Below, piece after piece: positions 1 to 11,128 of a DNA stretch of 64,000 bases; the stretch's first letter is position 1; every line of letters begins with the position of its first letter. This stretch comes from an uncultured Pseudomonadota bacterium (GTDB taxonomy: Bacteria; Pseudomonadota; Gammaproteobacteria; Ga0077536), in assembly GCA_913047675.1 (NCBI GenBank), contig CAJWTO010000001.1, positions 15,412-79,411 on the forward strand, read 5' to 3'. Below the pieces are notes generated by a model that was given only the letters and a program-made list of their open reading frames with translations, had not been told where the DNA came from and searched no databases. The translations under genes were made by a program, and so were the position numbers.

Positions 1-261
1 AAGCTTCTGGCCTGGTCTAAATGTAACTACTCTACGCGCGGAAATTGGTATTTCTTCGCCCGTTTTTGGATTTCTGCCTGGTCTTTGTTTTTTGTCTCTT
101 AAATCGAAGTTTCCAAAACCAGATAACTTCACTTGATTCCCAGCCTCTAGGCTCTTACGCGCTTCTTCAAAAAATGCTTCAACTAACTCCTTAGCCTCTC
201 TTTTATTAAGGCCAAGATCCTCAAACAATTTTTCCGCCATATCACCTTTTGTCAGAGTCAT
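1..261 (-). CDS. ihfA: Integration host factor subunit alpha, C-terminally truncated by the window edge (first 87 codons present)
   Basis: Not in the ORF track because it runs off the window. Minus-strand translation from the ATG at 259-261 reads [87 protein letters not shown]. This is an HU/IHF fold with the GRNPKTGE arm. It lies 4 nt downstream of pheT, as in the E. coli pheST-ihfA arrangement. Confidence 0.9.
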   Translation of the reverse strand, partial: MTLTKGDMAEKLFEDLGLNKREAKELVEAFFEEARKSLEAGNQVKLSGFGNFDLRDKKQRPGRNPKTGEEIPISARRVVTFRPGQKL

Positions 262-265
262 TGAT

Positions 266-2638
266 TTATTCTCTCAATACACCACCAAGCTGCTTTTCGA
301 TCGCCAATAGAATAATTCTACACGCGTTTTCAATCTCTAAGTCCGTAAGAGTGCGCGAATTATTCCGAAAAATCAAGCTCAATGTGATACTTTTTTTCCG
401 AGAATCAATACCTTGCCCTTGATATACGTCAAGTAACTGTAAGTCATGCAGAATATCGTCGCCATTCGCCCAAACGACATCTAAGAGGCTCTGCGCCTCT
501 AATTCGACGTCAAGTACGATATTAATGTCTCTCCTTATACTTGGGTATCTAGATACGGGAACATATCGTTTATCCTTCTGGGCACCCAATCGTTCAATAG
601 ATATTTCAAAGGCATATACGCGCTTTTCTATACCAATGGCATCTAAAAGCGTCGGCGACAAGGCTCCCACAAAGCCTTTTAAATCAGATCCTACGTATAT
701 TTCAGCAGTTCGTGTAGGGTGGAATCCTTTAGGAGAGTTTGCTTTAAATCTTACCTCTGTCAGTCCTAGTTCGGCTAATAATACTTCCACATCGTGTTTT
801 ATATCGTAAAAATCTAACTCACGTCGTCCACTTATCCAACTAGAGTCAGTAGACAAACCACATCGAATACCGGCTACATACTTCTCTTCAACTACTCCCT
901 CAGAGCTACTGCGATAAACTCTCCCTATCTCAAAAACTTGGACAGTACTGCGCTGGCGATTAAGGTTATAAATCGACACATCTAAGAGGCCCGGCAGTAT
1001 AGAAGGCCTCATGATTTCCATTTCATTTGAAATCGGATTCACTAATTTCAGCAGTTGTCCCTCATCTGAAAAGTCTTTACATTTGTCACTAGAAATAAAG
1101 CTATAAGTGATTGCTTCACTGTAACCTTTTTTAGCTAGCAACTTCCTAGCTGCACGCTCACATAAGGAATCTAGATCAAGTAAGCCAGGTTCTAGCCTGC
1201 CCACAGGACTCCGAGAAGGAATATTGTCGTACCCTTCCAACCGGGCGACCTCTTCTACTAAATCCGCTTCTTCTCGTAGATCAAATCGGAAAGAGGGTGG
1301 AGTCACTAGCCAGTTATCCCCTTCAACGCGTACTTGAATTTCTAGGGCCTCCAAAAGCTTTATAATCCTTTCGGGAGAAACAGTGATACCAACAAGTCGA
1401 TTCACTGATGCAGGGGAGAAATTGATTATCGGTGCCTTATAACAATTCTCCTCACTGACCGCACAAGTCAAAGGTCCCGGATCACCGCCGCAAATTTCTA
1501 CTATCATAGCGGTGGCTCGATCTATAGCGCGTCGCTGCCTGAGTGGATCTACGCCTCGCTCAAACCGTATCGAGGCATCAGTGCGCATACGATACTTTCG
1601 GGCAACCCCCGACAGTGAGATTGGATCAAAAAATGCACTTTCTAAAAAGATATCCGTAGTCTGGTCGGTTACAGAAGAATTTAATCCGCCCATTACTCCG
1701 GCCAGTGCAATTGGTCCGTCGTTATCCGCAATTATTAATGAGCCTTCTTCCAGAGTTAATTCGTTCCCATCAAGCAGAAGAATAACTTCACCGCTCGAAC
1801 TTTCTCGGACTTGTACCGTTCCATTAATTTGATTGTCATCAAAGGCGTGCATTGGTTGACCTAATTCAAGCATGACAAAATTAGTAACATCCACAACCGA
1901 GTTGATTGGTCTTACGCCCGCTCTCCTTAGACACTCGCTGACATCTATTGGAGTTTTAGCCTGAAGGTTAACACCTTTGATGATTCTCCCTACATAATTT
2001 TGGCATCCACTGTCCGACAGTATTTCCACGTGGCGCGCTTGCGACGAAGCGTCAGCAATTTCGGGGATATCAAAACCTTTGAGCGTACCACCTGTCATCG
2101 CCGACAAATCTCGCGCTACCCCTATTAAGGAAAAGCAATCACCGCGATTTGGAGTTATATCAATATCAAATATATTGTCATCTAGACCTAAAACTTCAAA
2201 TAATTCATCACCCGCCGATAGATGTTCTGGGAAGTCTAAAATACCGTCACTATCTTCACCGAGGCCTAACTCACTGGCTGAGCAAAGCATACCATTCGAC
2301 TCAACACCACGAATCACAGTCTTATTTATAGTCTTATTCCCTGGCAGTAACGCCCCAGGCATGGCTAAAGCGGTATTCATTCCAGCACGCACATTTTCGG
2401 CCCCGCACACTATTTGTAAGCTAGCCTTCCCGTCGGAAACTGAACAAATTGATAGCTTTTCAGCATCCGGGTGACATTTTACCTCTTCCACTTTACCAAC
2501 AATCACACCTGGCAGGGGGCCACACACTTGAGTCACAGAGTCAACTTCAAGTCCACACAAAGTGAGGGAGTCCTCTAATTGCCTCGAATCGAGTTCGACA
2601 TCGATTCGAGTCCTTAACCATTTTTCACTAAGTTTCAT
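266..2638 (-). CDS. pheT: Phenylalanine--tRNA ligase beta subunit
   Basis: 790-aa ORF with an N-terminal tRNA-binding region (MKLSEKWLR...). Its length and position 10 nt downstream of pheS are typical of bacterial PheT. Confidence 0.95.
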   Translation of the reverse strand: MKLSEKWLRTRIDVELDSRQLEDSLTLCGLEVDSVTQVCGPLPGVIVGKVEEVKCHPDAEKLSICSVSDGKASLQIVCGAENVRAGMNTALAMPGALLPGNKTINKTVIRGVESNGMLCSASELGLGEDSDGILDFPEHLSAGDELFEVLGLDDNIFDIDITPNRGDCFSLIGVARDLSAMTGGTLKGFDIPEIADASSQARHVEILSDSGCQNYVGRIIKGVNLQAKTPIDVSECLRRAGVRPINSVVDVTNFVMLELGQPMHAFDDNQINGTVQVRESSSGEVILLLDGNELTLEEGSLIIADNDGPIALAGVMGGLNSSVTDQTTDIFLESAFFDPISLSGVARKYRMRTDASIRFERGVDPLRQRRAIDRATAMIVEICGGDPGPLTCAVSEENCYKAPIINFSPASVNRLVGITVSPERIIKLLEALEIQVRVEGDNWLVTPPSFRFDLREEADLVEEVARLEGYDNIPSRSPVGRLEPGLLDLDSLCERAARKLLAKKGYSEAITYSFISSDKCKDFSDEGQLLKLVNPISNEMEIMRPSILPGLLDVSIYNLNRQRSTVQVFEIGRVYRSSSEGVVEEKYVAGIRCGLSTDSSWISGRRELDFYDIKHDVEVLLAELGLTEVRFKANSPKGFHPTRTAEIYVGSDLKGFVGALSPTLLDAIGIEKRVYAFEISIERLGAQKDKRYVPVSRYPSIRRDINIVLDVELEAQSLLDVVWANGDDILHDLQLLDVYQGQGIDSRKKSITLSLIFRNNSRTLTDLEIENACRIILLAIEKQLGGVLRE

Positions 2639-2648
2639 TTTTGGCTAA

Positions 2649-4059
<1,411 letters not shown>

Positions 4060-4078
4060 ATCATCTAATCCTTAAATA

Positions 4079-4276
4079 TCAAATGCCAGGAATCATCTGG
4101 CGAATAGTTGCTTCGTCTGCCGGGGCTATTAACGCACCACTTCTTAGTTGTCGTTTTCGCTTAGGACTTTTTTTAGTCAAAATATGACTACGAAAGGACT
4201 GCGCCCTTTTTATTTTTCCTGTTCCAGTCCGGCTAAATCTTTTAGCAGCACCACGATTAGTTTTTAACTTCGGCAA
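4079..4276 (-). CDS. rpmI: 50S ribosomal protein L35 (bL35)
   Basis: 65 aa, [14 protein letters not shown]..., between infC and rplT. Confidence 0.97.
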   Translation of the reverse strand: MPKLKTNRGAAKRFSRTGTGKIKRAQSFRSHILTKKSPKRKRQLRSGALIAPADEATIRQMIPGI

Positions 4277-4297
4277 TTTATCTCTCCAATTAGTTGT

Positions 4298-4816
4298 TTA
4301 TGCCTTTTTGGGCGCTATTACCATTACCATTTGTCTTCCTTCCAATTTTGGAAATTGCTCCACAACCCCAAGCTGGCTAAGATCAGTCTCGATCCTCTTA
4401 AGCATCAGCTCACCAAGTTCCTGATGTGCCATTTCTCTCCCTCGAAACCTTAAGGTCACCTTCGCTTTATCGCCTTGTTCTAAAAACCGCCTCAAACTCC
4501 GAAGCTTAATTTCATAGTCTCCACTATCGGTCGCCGGACGGAACTTGATTTCTTTTACTTGCACCTGCTTTTGTTTTTTCTTAGCAGCATGCCGTTTCTT
4601 ATTTGCATCAAATAAGAACTTCCCGAAATCCATAACCCTACATACAGGTGGTTCAGCGGTTGGAACGATCTCTACAAGATCTAAGCCACTCACCTTTGCC
4701 TCATTTCTCGCCTCTTCTATAGAGACGACCCCTTTGTTGTTCCCATCAGCAGCAATCAGTCTAACTTTACTCGCACTGATGTCGTCATTGGCTCTATTCT
4801 TTTTGTCAGCAGCTAT
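4298..4816 (-). CDS. infC: Translation initiation factor IF-3, start extended to a non-canonical AUA codon
   Basis: The ORF track begins at an internal GTG (4693). The frame stays open upstream and encodes [41 protein letters not shown], which matches the IF-3 N-domain (compare E. coli ...NRINGEIRAQEVRL...). An in-frame TAA at 4820-4822 leaves only GGT ATA upstream. The ATA at 4814-4816 is preceded by AGGGAGGG 7 nt upstream. Confidence 0.85.
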   Translation of the reverse strand: MAADKKNRANDDISASKVRLIAADGNNKGVVSIEEARNEAKVSGLDLVEIVPTAEPPVCRVMDFGKFLFDANKKRHAAKKKQKQVQVKEIKFRPATDSGDYEIKLRSLRRFLEQGDKAKVTLRFRGREMAHQELGELMLKRIETDLSQLGVVEQFPKLEGRQMVMVIAPKKA

Positions 4817-4819
4817 ACC

Positions 4820-6742
4820 TTAGCCCTCCCTTTGTTTTCGGCATCGAAGCTCGATAGCCTGATTCAACCGATTCTCAAACTCTTCTAGACTCATAGATCC
4901 TAAGTCGTCTCCATCCAACGCTCTTACCGATATAGTACTACTTTCTAACTCACGCTGGCCTACTACAAGTAAAAATGGCACTTTTTGTAAAGTATGCTCG
5001 CGGATTTTAAGCCCGATCTTCTCGTTTCTCAAGTCCGAATCGATCCTAAACCCATGTTTTTTCAAGCTTTCGGACACTTCTAACGCGTAATCGGCATATT
5101 TGTCCGTAATATTCATCACCACCGCTTGCACCGGAGAGAGCCATGGTGGCAATTTCCCAGCATGCTCTTCAACCAAAACACCTATGAATCTTTCCAAGGA
5201 ACCCAATATAGCCCTGTGAATCATTACTGGAACTCTGCGACGGCCGTCCTCAGCCACAAAAGTAGCCCCGAGACGGTCTGGCATTGAAAAATCAACTTGT
5301 ACTGTACCACATTGCCATACGCGACCTATAGAGTCTTTTAATGAAAACTCTATCTTAGGGCCGTAAAATGCGCCCTCACCGGGCTGAACCGCGAAGTCTA
5401 ATCCTTTCCGTTTTAGCGCAGTGGCAAGTGCATCTTCCGACTTATCCCATAACTCGTCACTCCCTACCCTCTTCTCTGGACGCAGCGACAATGCGACCGC
5501 AATATCGTCGAAACCAAAGTCTGCATAAACTTTGAAGGTTAGGTCTATGAGTATGCCCACCTCACGCTGGAGATCCTCTTCATCGCAAAAAATATGAGCG
5601 TCATCTTGGGTGAATCGCCTGGCTCGGAGCAGGCCATGTAATGTTCCTGAGGGCTCATTACGATGTACTACCCCAAATTCAGCCACCCGATATGGCAGAT
5701 CCCTGTAGCTTCGTAATTTATTATTAAAAATTTGCACATGGCCTGGGCAATTCATTGGCTTTATGGCGTACTCGCGCCGATCAGATTGCGTCGCGAAAAT
5801 CATGTCGCCAAATTTATCCCAATGTCCCGATCTTTCCCATAGGGTCTTATCTAATACTTGAGGCGTATCGACCTCATCATATCCAGCAAAACAAGCTTCT
5901 CTCACATGATTTTTGACAGTTCTGAAAAGTTTCCAACCTTTATCATGCCAAAACACCATTCCTGGGGCCTCTTCTTGAAAGTGAAAAAGATCAAGTTGGG
6001 GGCCAATTTTCCGATGGTTTCTTTTCTCCGCCTCCTCGAGTTGATGAAGATGGAGTTTTAAGTCTTTTTTACTGCCCCACGCAGTACCATAGATCCGTTG
6101 AAGCATTTCATTATTAGAGTCGCCGCGCCAATATGCACCTGCCACTTTTGTTAATTTAAACGCATTTAAGTGTCTAGTGTTCGTTACATGAGGCCCGCGA
6201 CACATGTCGATGTATTCCTGGTGCTCGTATAGCGCGATGACTTCCCCATCGGGGATGCCTCTTACAAGCATTTGCTTATAGGGCTCCTGTCGGTTCTCAA
6301 ATACGGCCGCAGCCTCAGCCCGCTCAACTACCTTTCGCTTCACCGTATAGTTTTGTTTTGCAAGCTCTGCCATTCGTCTCTCGACTTTGATCAAATCATC
6401 CTCACCCAAAGAGTCTTCCAACAAAACATCGTAATAAAATCCATGCTCTATCACAGGACCTATGGCAAGCTTTATTTCAGGATACAACTGCTTTAAGGCG
6501 TGTGCGAGAAGGTGGGCACATGAATGCCGGACGATCTCAAGACCTTCTTGATCTTTGACGGTTAAAATCTCTACTCGCGCATCATCGACTATCAATTCGG
6601 AGGCATCAACCAACCTGCCGTCTATACGGCCAGCCACAGTAGCTTTCGCCAGCCCAGAGCCTATATCGGCAGCTAATTCTTCGACAGTCACGGGGCTATC
6701 AAATGAACGAATCGAATTATCTGGTAGAGTCACAGAGGGCAT
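4820..6742 (-). CDS. thrS: Threonine--tRNA ligase
   Basis: 640 aa with N-terminal TGS/editing region and class II core ([24 protein letters not shown]), plus a C-terminal anticodon-binding domain. It heads the thrS-infC-rpmI-rplT cluster. Confidence 0.96.
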   Translation of the reverse strand: MPSVTLPDNSIRSFDSPVTVEELAADIGSGLAKATVAGRIDGRLVDASELIVDDARVEILTVKDQEGLEIVRHSCAHLLAHALKQLYPEIKLAIGPVIEHGFYYDVLLEDSLGEDDLIKVERRMAELAKQNYTVKRKVVERAEAAAVFENRQEPYKQMLVRGIPDGEVIALYEHQEYIDMCRGPHVTNTRHLNAFKLTKVAGAYWRGDSNNEMLQRIYGTAWGSKKDLKLHLHQLEEAEKRNHRKIGPQLDLFHFQEEAPGMVFWHDKGWKLFRTVKNHVREACFAGYDEVDTPQVLDKTLWERSGHWDKFGDMIFATQSDRREYAIKPMNCPGHVQIFNNKLRSYRDLPYRVAEFGVVHRNEPSGTLHGLLRARRFTQDDAHIFCDEEDLQREVGILIDLTFKVYADFGFDDIAVALSLRPEKRVGSDELWDKSEDALATALKRKGLDFAVQPGEGAFYGPKIEFSLKDSIGRVWQCGTVQVDFSMPDRLGATFVAEDGRRRVPVMIHRAILGSLERFIGVLVEEHAGKLPPWLSPVQAVVMNITDKYADYALEVSESLKKHGFRIDSDLRNEKIGLKIREHTLQKVPFLLVVGQRELESSTISVRALDGDDLGSMSLEEFENRLNQAIELRCRKQREG

Positions 6743-6788
6743 AGTATTTAAACTCGTAGATTTAATACGTAATCTGAAAAAGTATTTG

Positions 6789-6865
6789 TGGTAGGCGCGA
6801 TTGGATTCGAACCAACGACCCCCACCATGTCAAGGTGGTGCTCTAACCAACTGAGCTACGCGCCT
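6789..6865 (-). tRNA. tRNA-Val (anticodon GAC), CCA encoded
   Basis: The reverse complement folds as a cloverleaf: acceptor AGGCGCG/CGCGCCT, D stem GCTC/GAGC, anticodon stem CCACC/GGTGG with loop TTGACAT, T arm GTTGG-TTCGAAT-CCAAT, then ACCA. Confidence 0.93.
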
Positions 6866-6972
6866 ATTGTAACAAAAAATAGCTGACAGTCACATCCGCC
6901 AACTGCAGCCCACTACCTTTCCCGAGGGCGCAAGCATACACAATTTAGACTGATATCGCCACAATAAAGCGA

Positions 6973-9900
6973 CTAGCTTTGTACCTCTGGTTCTACTATC
7001 TGCTGATGCTCCCTTGCTAGCAGGACATAAAATCCGGGCACAACAAATAATGTAAATATTGTGCCGATTCCGAGACCAGTCGAAATAACTAGTCCTATAT
7101 GAAAACGACTTACTGCGCCTGGGCCAGTCGCTAATAGTAAAGGCACCATAGCGACCACCATTGAAATTGTCGTCATAAGGATAGGACGGAGTCTGATACG
7201 TGCAGCCTCCTCTACAGCTTCTCTTTTGCCTAATCCACGAACTCTTTGTAATTGATTAGCAAACTCGACAATCAGGATCCCGTTTTTCGTAATCAAACCG
7301 ATTAAGGTAATTAAACCTACTTGAGTATAAATGTTCGACGTCGCATAGCCCAATGAGACAAACACTAAAGCGCCGGCGATCGACATTGGCACAGACATCA
7401 AAATAATCAATGGATCGCGCCAACTCTCAAATTGTGCGGCGAGCACTAGATAAATTATCACCAACGCCACAAAAAAAGTTACGACTAGTGCGTTCCCCTG
7501 CTGCGAGTACTGTCTAGATTCACCAGCATAATCCCAAGTAAATTCTTTAGGGAGCACCTCTGTCGCTACTTCCTCAAGATATTCGATTGCATCTCCCATT
7601 GCCACACCTGAAGCGGGTACTCCTTGTAAGGTGATGGCATTTCTTTGCTGAAACTGAAGTCTTTCGCTCGGCTCAATTATATCTCTAAAGGAAGCAACTG
7701 AAGATAAGGGAACCAAGTCACCAGACGAAGTACGTACATGGTAATCAGCCAGCATCTCGCTATTAGCTCTGTATAGATTCTCGACCTGAGGGATAACCTT
7801 ATAACTACGGCCTTGTAGATTAAACCAATTAATATGATTCCCACCCAATAGTGTGGCCAAATCTGTCCCTAGAGATTCCATCTCGATTCCCAAAATACCA
7901 GCCCTATCGCGATCAATATCGATGATAGTCTGAGGACGATTGAACTCTACGGACTTCTGCAGGAACATAAATTTCCCACTCTGCATAGCCCGCGACAAAA
8001 TTTCCTCCGTAGCAAGATTTAATTCTAAATCATCAAATGGTGCCATCAAAACAAATTGGATGGGTAATCCTCTTCCTGGCGAAGGGAGACTAGGCCTTGG
8101 AAAGGCCGAAACCTGGAACCCTGTCACACCAAAAAGTTTACCTTGAAGCTCGCCTTGTATATCCCACTGAGGTCGATCACGCTCGTGCGCCTGACTCATT
8201 TTAAACCCACCAAAGACGACGTTTCGAGAGTTATTAAAGCCTAAGATCATAAAACTCTCTTTGTACTCAGAGATACTATCGAAAATACCTATTATTTTCC
8301 GAGCATTCTTTTCAGAGTAGTTAACATTAGCAACCTGAGGACCGGTAGCCTGTAAAAAAATTATACTCTGATCCTCTACAGGGGCTAGCTCAGTTTGACT
8401 CATTGCAAACATCACATAAATACTCACCAAGGTCGCGATCCCAAAAATAACTATGACCGACACATAATCTAAACAGCTGTGTAAAACCTTGCGGTAACGA
8501 TCTGAAAGTCTTGTAAAAAAGACTTCTACCGCACTCTCAAATGGTCCTGGCTTTCCACCAGTAAATATCCGAGAGCACAGCATCGGCGAGAGCGTTAAAG
8601 CGATAGTCCCAGAAATGATTACGGCGCCAGCAAGTGCAAAAGCAAACTCAGTAAATAAGGTACCTACTAATCCACCCATAAAGCCAATCGGAGCGTACAC
8701 AGCAACTAAGGTCGTTGTCATAGCTATAATCGGCATCGTCAATTGGCGCGCGCCTAAAATGGACGCCTCCAACGGAGTTTTCCCCTTTTCAATGTGCCTG
8801 TGTATATTTTCCGCTACAACGATCGCGTCATCCACAACTAATCCAATTGCTAATACCATCGCGAGTAATGTTAGGAGGTTTATAGAAAACCCCATTAATA
8901 GCATAAGGAATGCACCTCCCACTAGCGAGAGAGGTAGCGCGATCGCGGGAATAATCGCCGCCCGAACTGAACCGAGGGTTACCAAGATAACGGTCAGGAC
9001 AATGAGTACCGCTTCAGCTAATGTTGTAAAAACCTCATTTATAGATTCTTCTATAAACTCACCAGCGTTATAAGGGATAAAAGCATACATACCATTAGGC
9101 ATCTGATCTTTAATTAGCTCCAACTCATCTGTAACCCTCTCTGCAACCAACAACGGGTTGGCTCCAGGCACCGGATTAACTCCAACGAAAACTGCCGTCT
9201 GACCGTTGTACCAAGCGGTAGACTCGTAATCCTCAGCTCCAAGCTGAACTCTTGCTACATCGGATAATCGGACTAATGCATCTTCTTCCTCACGAATCAC
9301 CATATCCGAGAACTCATCCGCGCTAGAGAGATCGGTTGTCGTACTAAGATCTATCGAAACTAATTCACCCTTAGTTTCGCCCACGCCCGAAAGGTAGTTG
9401 TTCGAGAGGAGAACTCTTCGAATATCCGCGGCAGTGACATTGAGTGCCGCCATCCGCGCCGGATCCATCCAAACTCGCATCGCATATGTCTTATGTCCGA
9501 ACAGCACAGCTTTACCGACGCCCTCTAGTGCCTGAATTTGCGGTTGAACGACTCTTATTAAGTAGTCTGTCATCTCAGGCGGTGGCATGACGTCGCTATA
9601 GAAAGCTAAATACATGAGTGAGCGTCCATTCCCAGTTCTCGCACGGATCACGGGATCATTAGCCCTCTCGGGTAGTACATTCCGAACACTACCTACCTTT
9701 GCCTGTATCTCAGAAACAGCAGCATTAGGATCGTAATTCAGCTTCATATAGACTTCGATGACAGACACCCCCTGTTTGGAGGAAGATTTAATAAAATCAA
9801 TACCGTCAGCTTCTGCAATTGCCTGCTGTAAAGGAGTAGTAATAAAGCCCTTCACTAGCTCTCCGTCCGCCCCTGGATAACTGGTGGTTATTGTAACTAG

Positions 9901-10029
9901 CGTGTTTTGCGTTTCTGGATACTGACGAAGTTCGAGTGACTGAATAGATCGAAGTCCAAGCACCAAAATGATCAAGCTGACTACCCAAGCCAGTACCGGT
10001 CTTCTGATAAACAAGTCAGTCAAATGCAT
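6973..10029 (-). CDS. RND multidrug/hydrophobe efflux transporter, inner-membrane permease (AcrB/MexB-like)
   Basis: 1018 aa with N-terminal FIRRPVLAWV helix. It has two large periplasmic loops and repeated hydrophobic blocks typical of 12-TM RND pumps. Preceded by a membrane-fusion protein gene. Confidence 0.9.
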   Translation of the reverse strand: MHLTDLFIRRPVLAWVVSLIILVLGLRSIQSLELRQYPETQNTLVTITTSYPGADGELVKGFITTPLQQAIAEADGIDFIKSSSKQGVSVIEVYMKLNYDPNAAVSEIQAKVGSVRNVLPERANDPVIRARTGNGRSLMYLAFYSDVMPPPEMTDYLIRVVQPQIQALEGVGKAVLFGHKTYAMRVWMDPARMAALNVTAADIRRVLLSNNYLSGVGETKGELVSIDLSTTTDLSSADEFSDMVIREEEDALVRLSDVARVQLGAEDYESTAWYNGQTAVFVGVNPVPGANPLLVAERVTDELELIKDQMPNGMYAFIPYNAGEFIEESINEVFTTLAEAVLIVLTVILVTLGSVRAAIIPAIALPLSLVGGAFLMLLMGFSINLLTLLAMVLAIGLVVDDAIVVAENIHRHIEKGKTPLEASILGARQLTMPIIAMTTTLVAVYAPIGFMGGLVGTLFTEFAFALAGAVIISGTIALTLSPMLCSRIFTGGKPGPFESAVEVFFTRLSDRYRKVLHSCLDYVSVIVIFGIATLVSIYVMFAMSQTELAPVEDQSIIFLQATGPQVANVNYSEKNARKIIGIFDSISEYKESFMILGFNNSRNVVFGGFKMSQAHERDRPQWDIQGELQGKLFGVTGFQVSAFPRPSLPSPGRGLPIQFVLMAPFDDLELNLATEEILSRAMQSGKFMFLQKSVEFNRPQTIIDIDRDRAGILGIEMESLGTDLATLLGGNHINWFNLQGRSYKVIPQVENLYRANSEMLADYHVRTSSGDLVPLSSVASFRDIIEPSERLQFQQRNAITLQGVPASGVAMGDAIEYLEEVATEVLPKEFTWDYAGESRQYSQQGNALVVTFFVALVIIYLVLAAQFESWRDPLIILMSVPMSIAGALVFVSLGYATSNIYTQVGLITLIGLITKNGILIVEFANQLQRVRGLGKREAVEEAARIRLRPILMTTISMVVAMVPLLLATGPGAVSRFHIGLVISTGLGIGTIFTLFVVPGFYVLLAREHQQIVEPEVQS

Positions 10030-10037
10030 TTCAAGGC

Positions 10038-11117
10038 TCAGTAGTCAGTTTCTGTTTCGGTAACAACAACTGACATTCCATTTCGTAACTTGTTTTGCCC
10101 CGTAGCAACTACTATATCCCCTTCAGAAACGCCTGAATCCAAACCCACAGCAGAGCCATTGATCTCACCTGCGGTCACTTGGCGACGCTCAACAAGAGAT
10201 GAACCATCCTTAGATACCACCACAAAAACTATTTGACCAAAAGGACTGAAAGTGACTGCAGTGCGCGGAACTTTTAATACGGCCTTCTTCTCTCTTTGAA
10301 TCGCCCATGTTTCGGCAAACATACCAGGCTTCAATTGACCGTCTTTATTTTCTAAAGATGCCCTAACTCTGACCGAACGAGATCCAATTTGTACATTAGG
10401 TTCAATTGTCACAATCTTCGCCTCGTAAATTTTCCCAGGAAAGGCTCTGACTTTAAATTCGACGGCCTGACCAATCTCCACTTGTCCGAGTTGACGCTCA
10501 GGGATCGCAAAATCTACATGTATCGGGCTTAGCATTTGCAGGGAAACAATTGGATCACCAGGCTCCATATATGTTCCTAAATTCACCAGGCGAATACCTA
10601 GCTCGCCCGAAAAAGGAGCATAAACAGTTTTACGATCGATAAAGGCTTGTTTCGCATCTACGAGAGCAGTAGCCTCGTCTTTTTCAGCCTTGGCATAATC
10701 AAAATCAGATTGTGAGATCTGCTGCTTTTCTAAAAGCTGTACAGCTCTTCGAAACTGAACTTCTTTTAAACTCAATGTTGCTATCAATCCACTTAGTTCT
10801 GCATCCTGGATGCCAGTATCGAGTGACAACAAGGTATCGCCCAAGTTCACTTGATCACCTGAGTTAAAATTGATGTTTACCACAGTACCTGGTAGCGGCG
10901 CGGTAACGTCTACTCCTTGTTCAGCCGCTATAGTACCTACAGCAAAAATCTTCTGTTGCCATTTATCTGCTGTGACCGCAGCAACCCGAACCGCAGCTGG
11001 GGGGCGAACCTGACTCAAGGTTCGCTCCATCTCAATTTTGTTTTTATATGCAATAGCACTCACAAGTAAAGTCATGCCCGCTAGCATCATCAAAATGATT
11101 TTTAGTCGTTTGCTCAT
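10038..11117 (-). CDS. RND efflux membrane-fusion (periplasmic adaptor) protein, HlyD/AcrA family
   Basis: 359 aa with an N-terminal membrane anchor (ILMMLAGMTLLVSA) and lipoyl/beta-barrel type repeats. Lies 8 nt upstream of the RND permease. Confidence 0.85.
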   Translation of the reverse strand: MSKRLKIILMMLAGMTLLVSAIAYKNKIEMERTLSQVRPPAAVRVAAVTADKWQQKIFAVGTIAAEQGVDVTAPLPGTVVNINFNSGDQVNLGDTLLSLDTGIQDAELSGLIATLSLKEVQFRRAVQLLEKQQISQSDFDYAKAEKDEATALVDAKQAFIDRKTVYAPFSGELGIRLVNLGTYMEPGDPIVSLQMLSPIHVDFAIPERQLGQVEIGQAVEFKVRAFPGKIYEAKIVTIEPNVQIGSRSVRVRASLENKDGQLKPGMFAETWAIQREKKAVLKVPRTAVTFSPFGQIVFVVVSKDGSSLVERRQVTAGEINGSAVGLDSGVSEGDIVVATGQNKLRNGMSVVVTETETDY

Positions 11118-11128
11118 AATCCTAGATT

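Noticed and set aside
1-6. The window starts exactly with AAGCTT (a HindIII site), cutting ihfA mid-gene.
   Set aside because: This is most simply a cloning or assembly boundary (for example a HindIII-derived large-insert clone) and not a biological feature. Other AAGCTT sites occur inside the window.
6866-6900. GTGACT-16 nt-TACAAT promoter-like element directly abutting the 5' end of tRNA-Val.
   Set aside because: The -10 hexamer ends at the first tRNA nucleotide, so transcription would start inside the mature tRNA. A real promoter is more likely further upstream.
8615-9073. Long antisense ORFs embedded in large genes. Examples are 8615-9073 in the RND gene, 15994-16431 in the Mo-oxidoreductase, 62963-63379 in the aminotransferase, 20893-21264 opposite the GNAT gene, 2079-2474 in pheT and 53433-53696 opposite the phosphatase.
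   Set aside because: They lie wholly inside strongly supported genes on the opposite strand. They have low-complexity Ser/Pro/Arg-rich translations and no SD or family motifs, so they are typical shadow ORFs.
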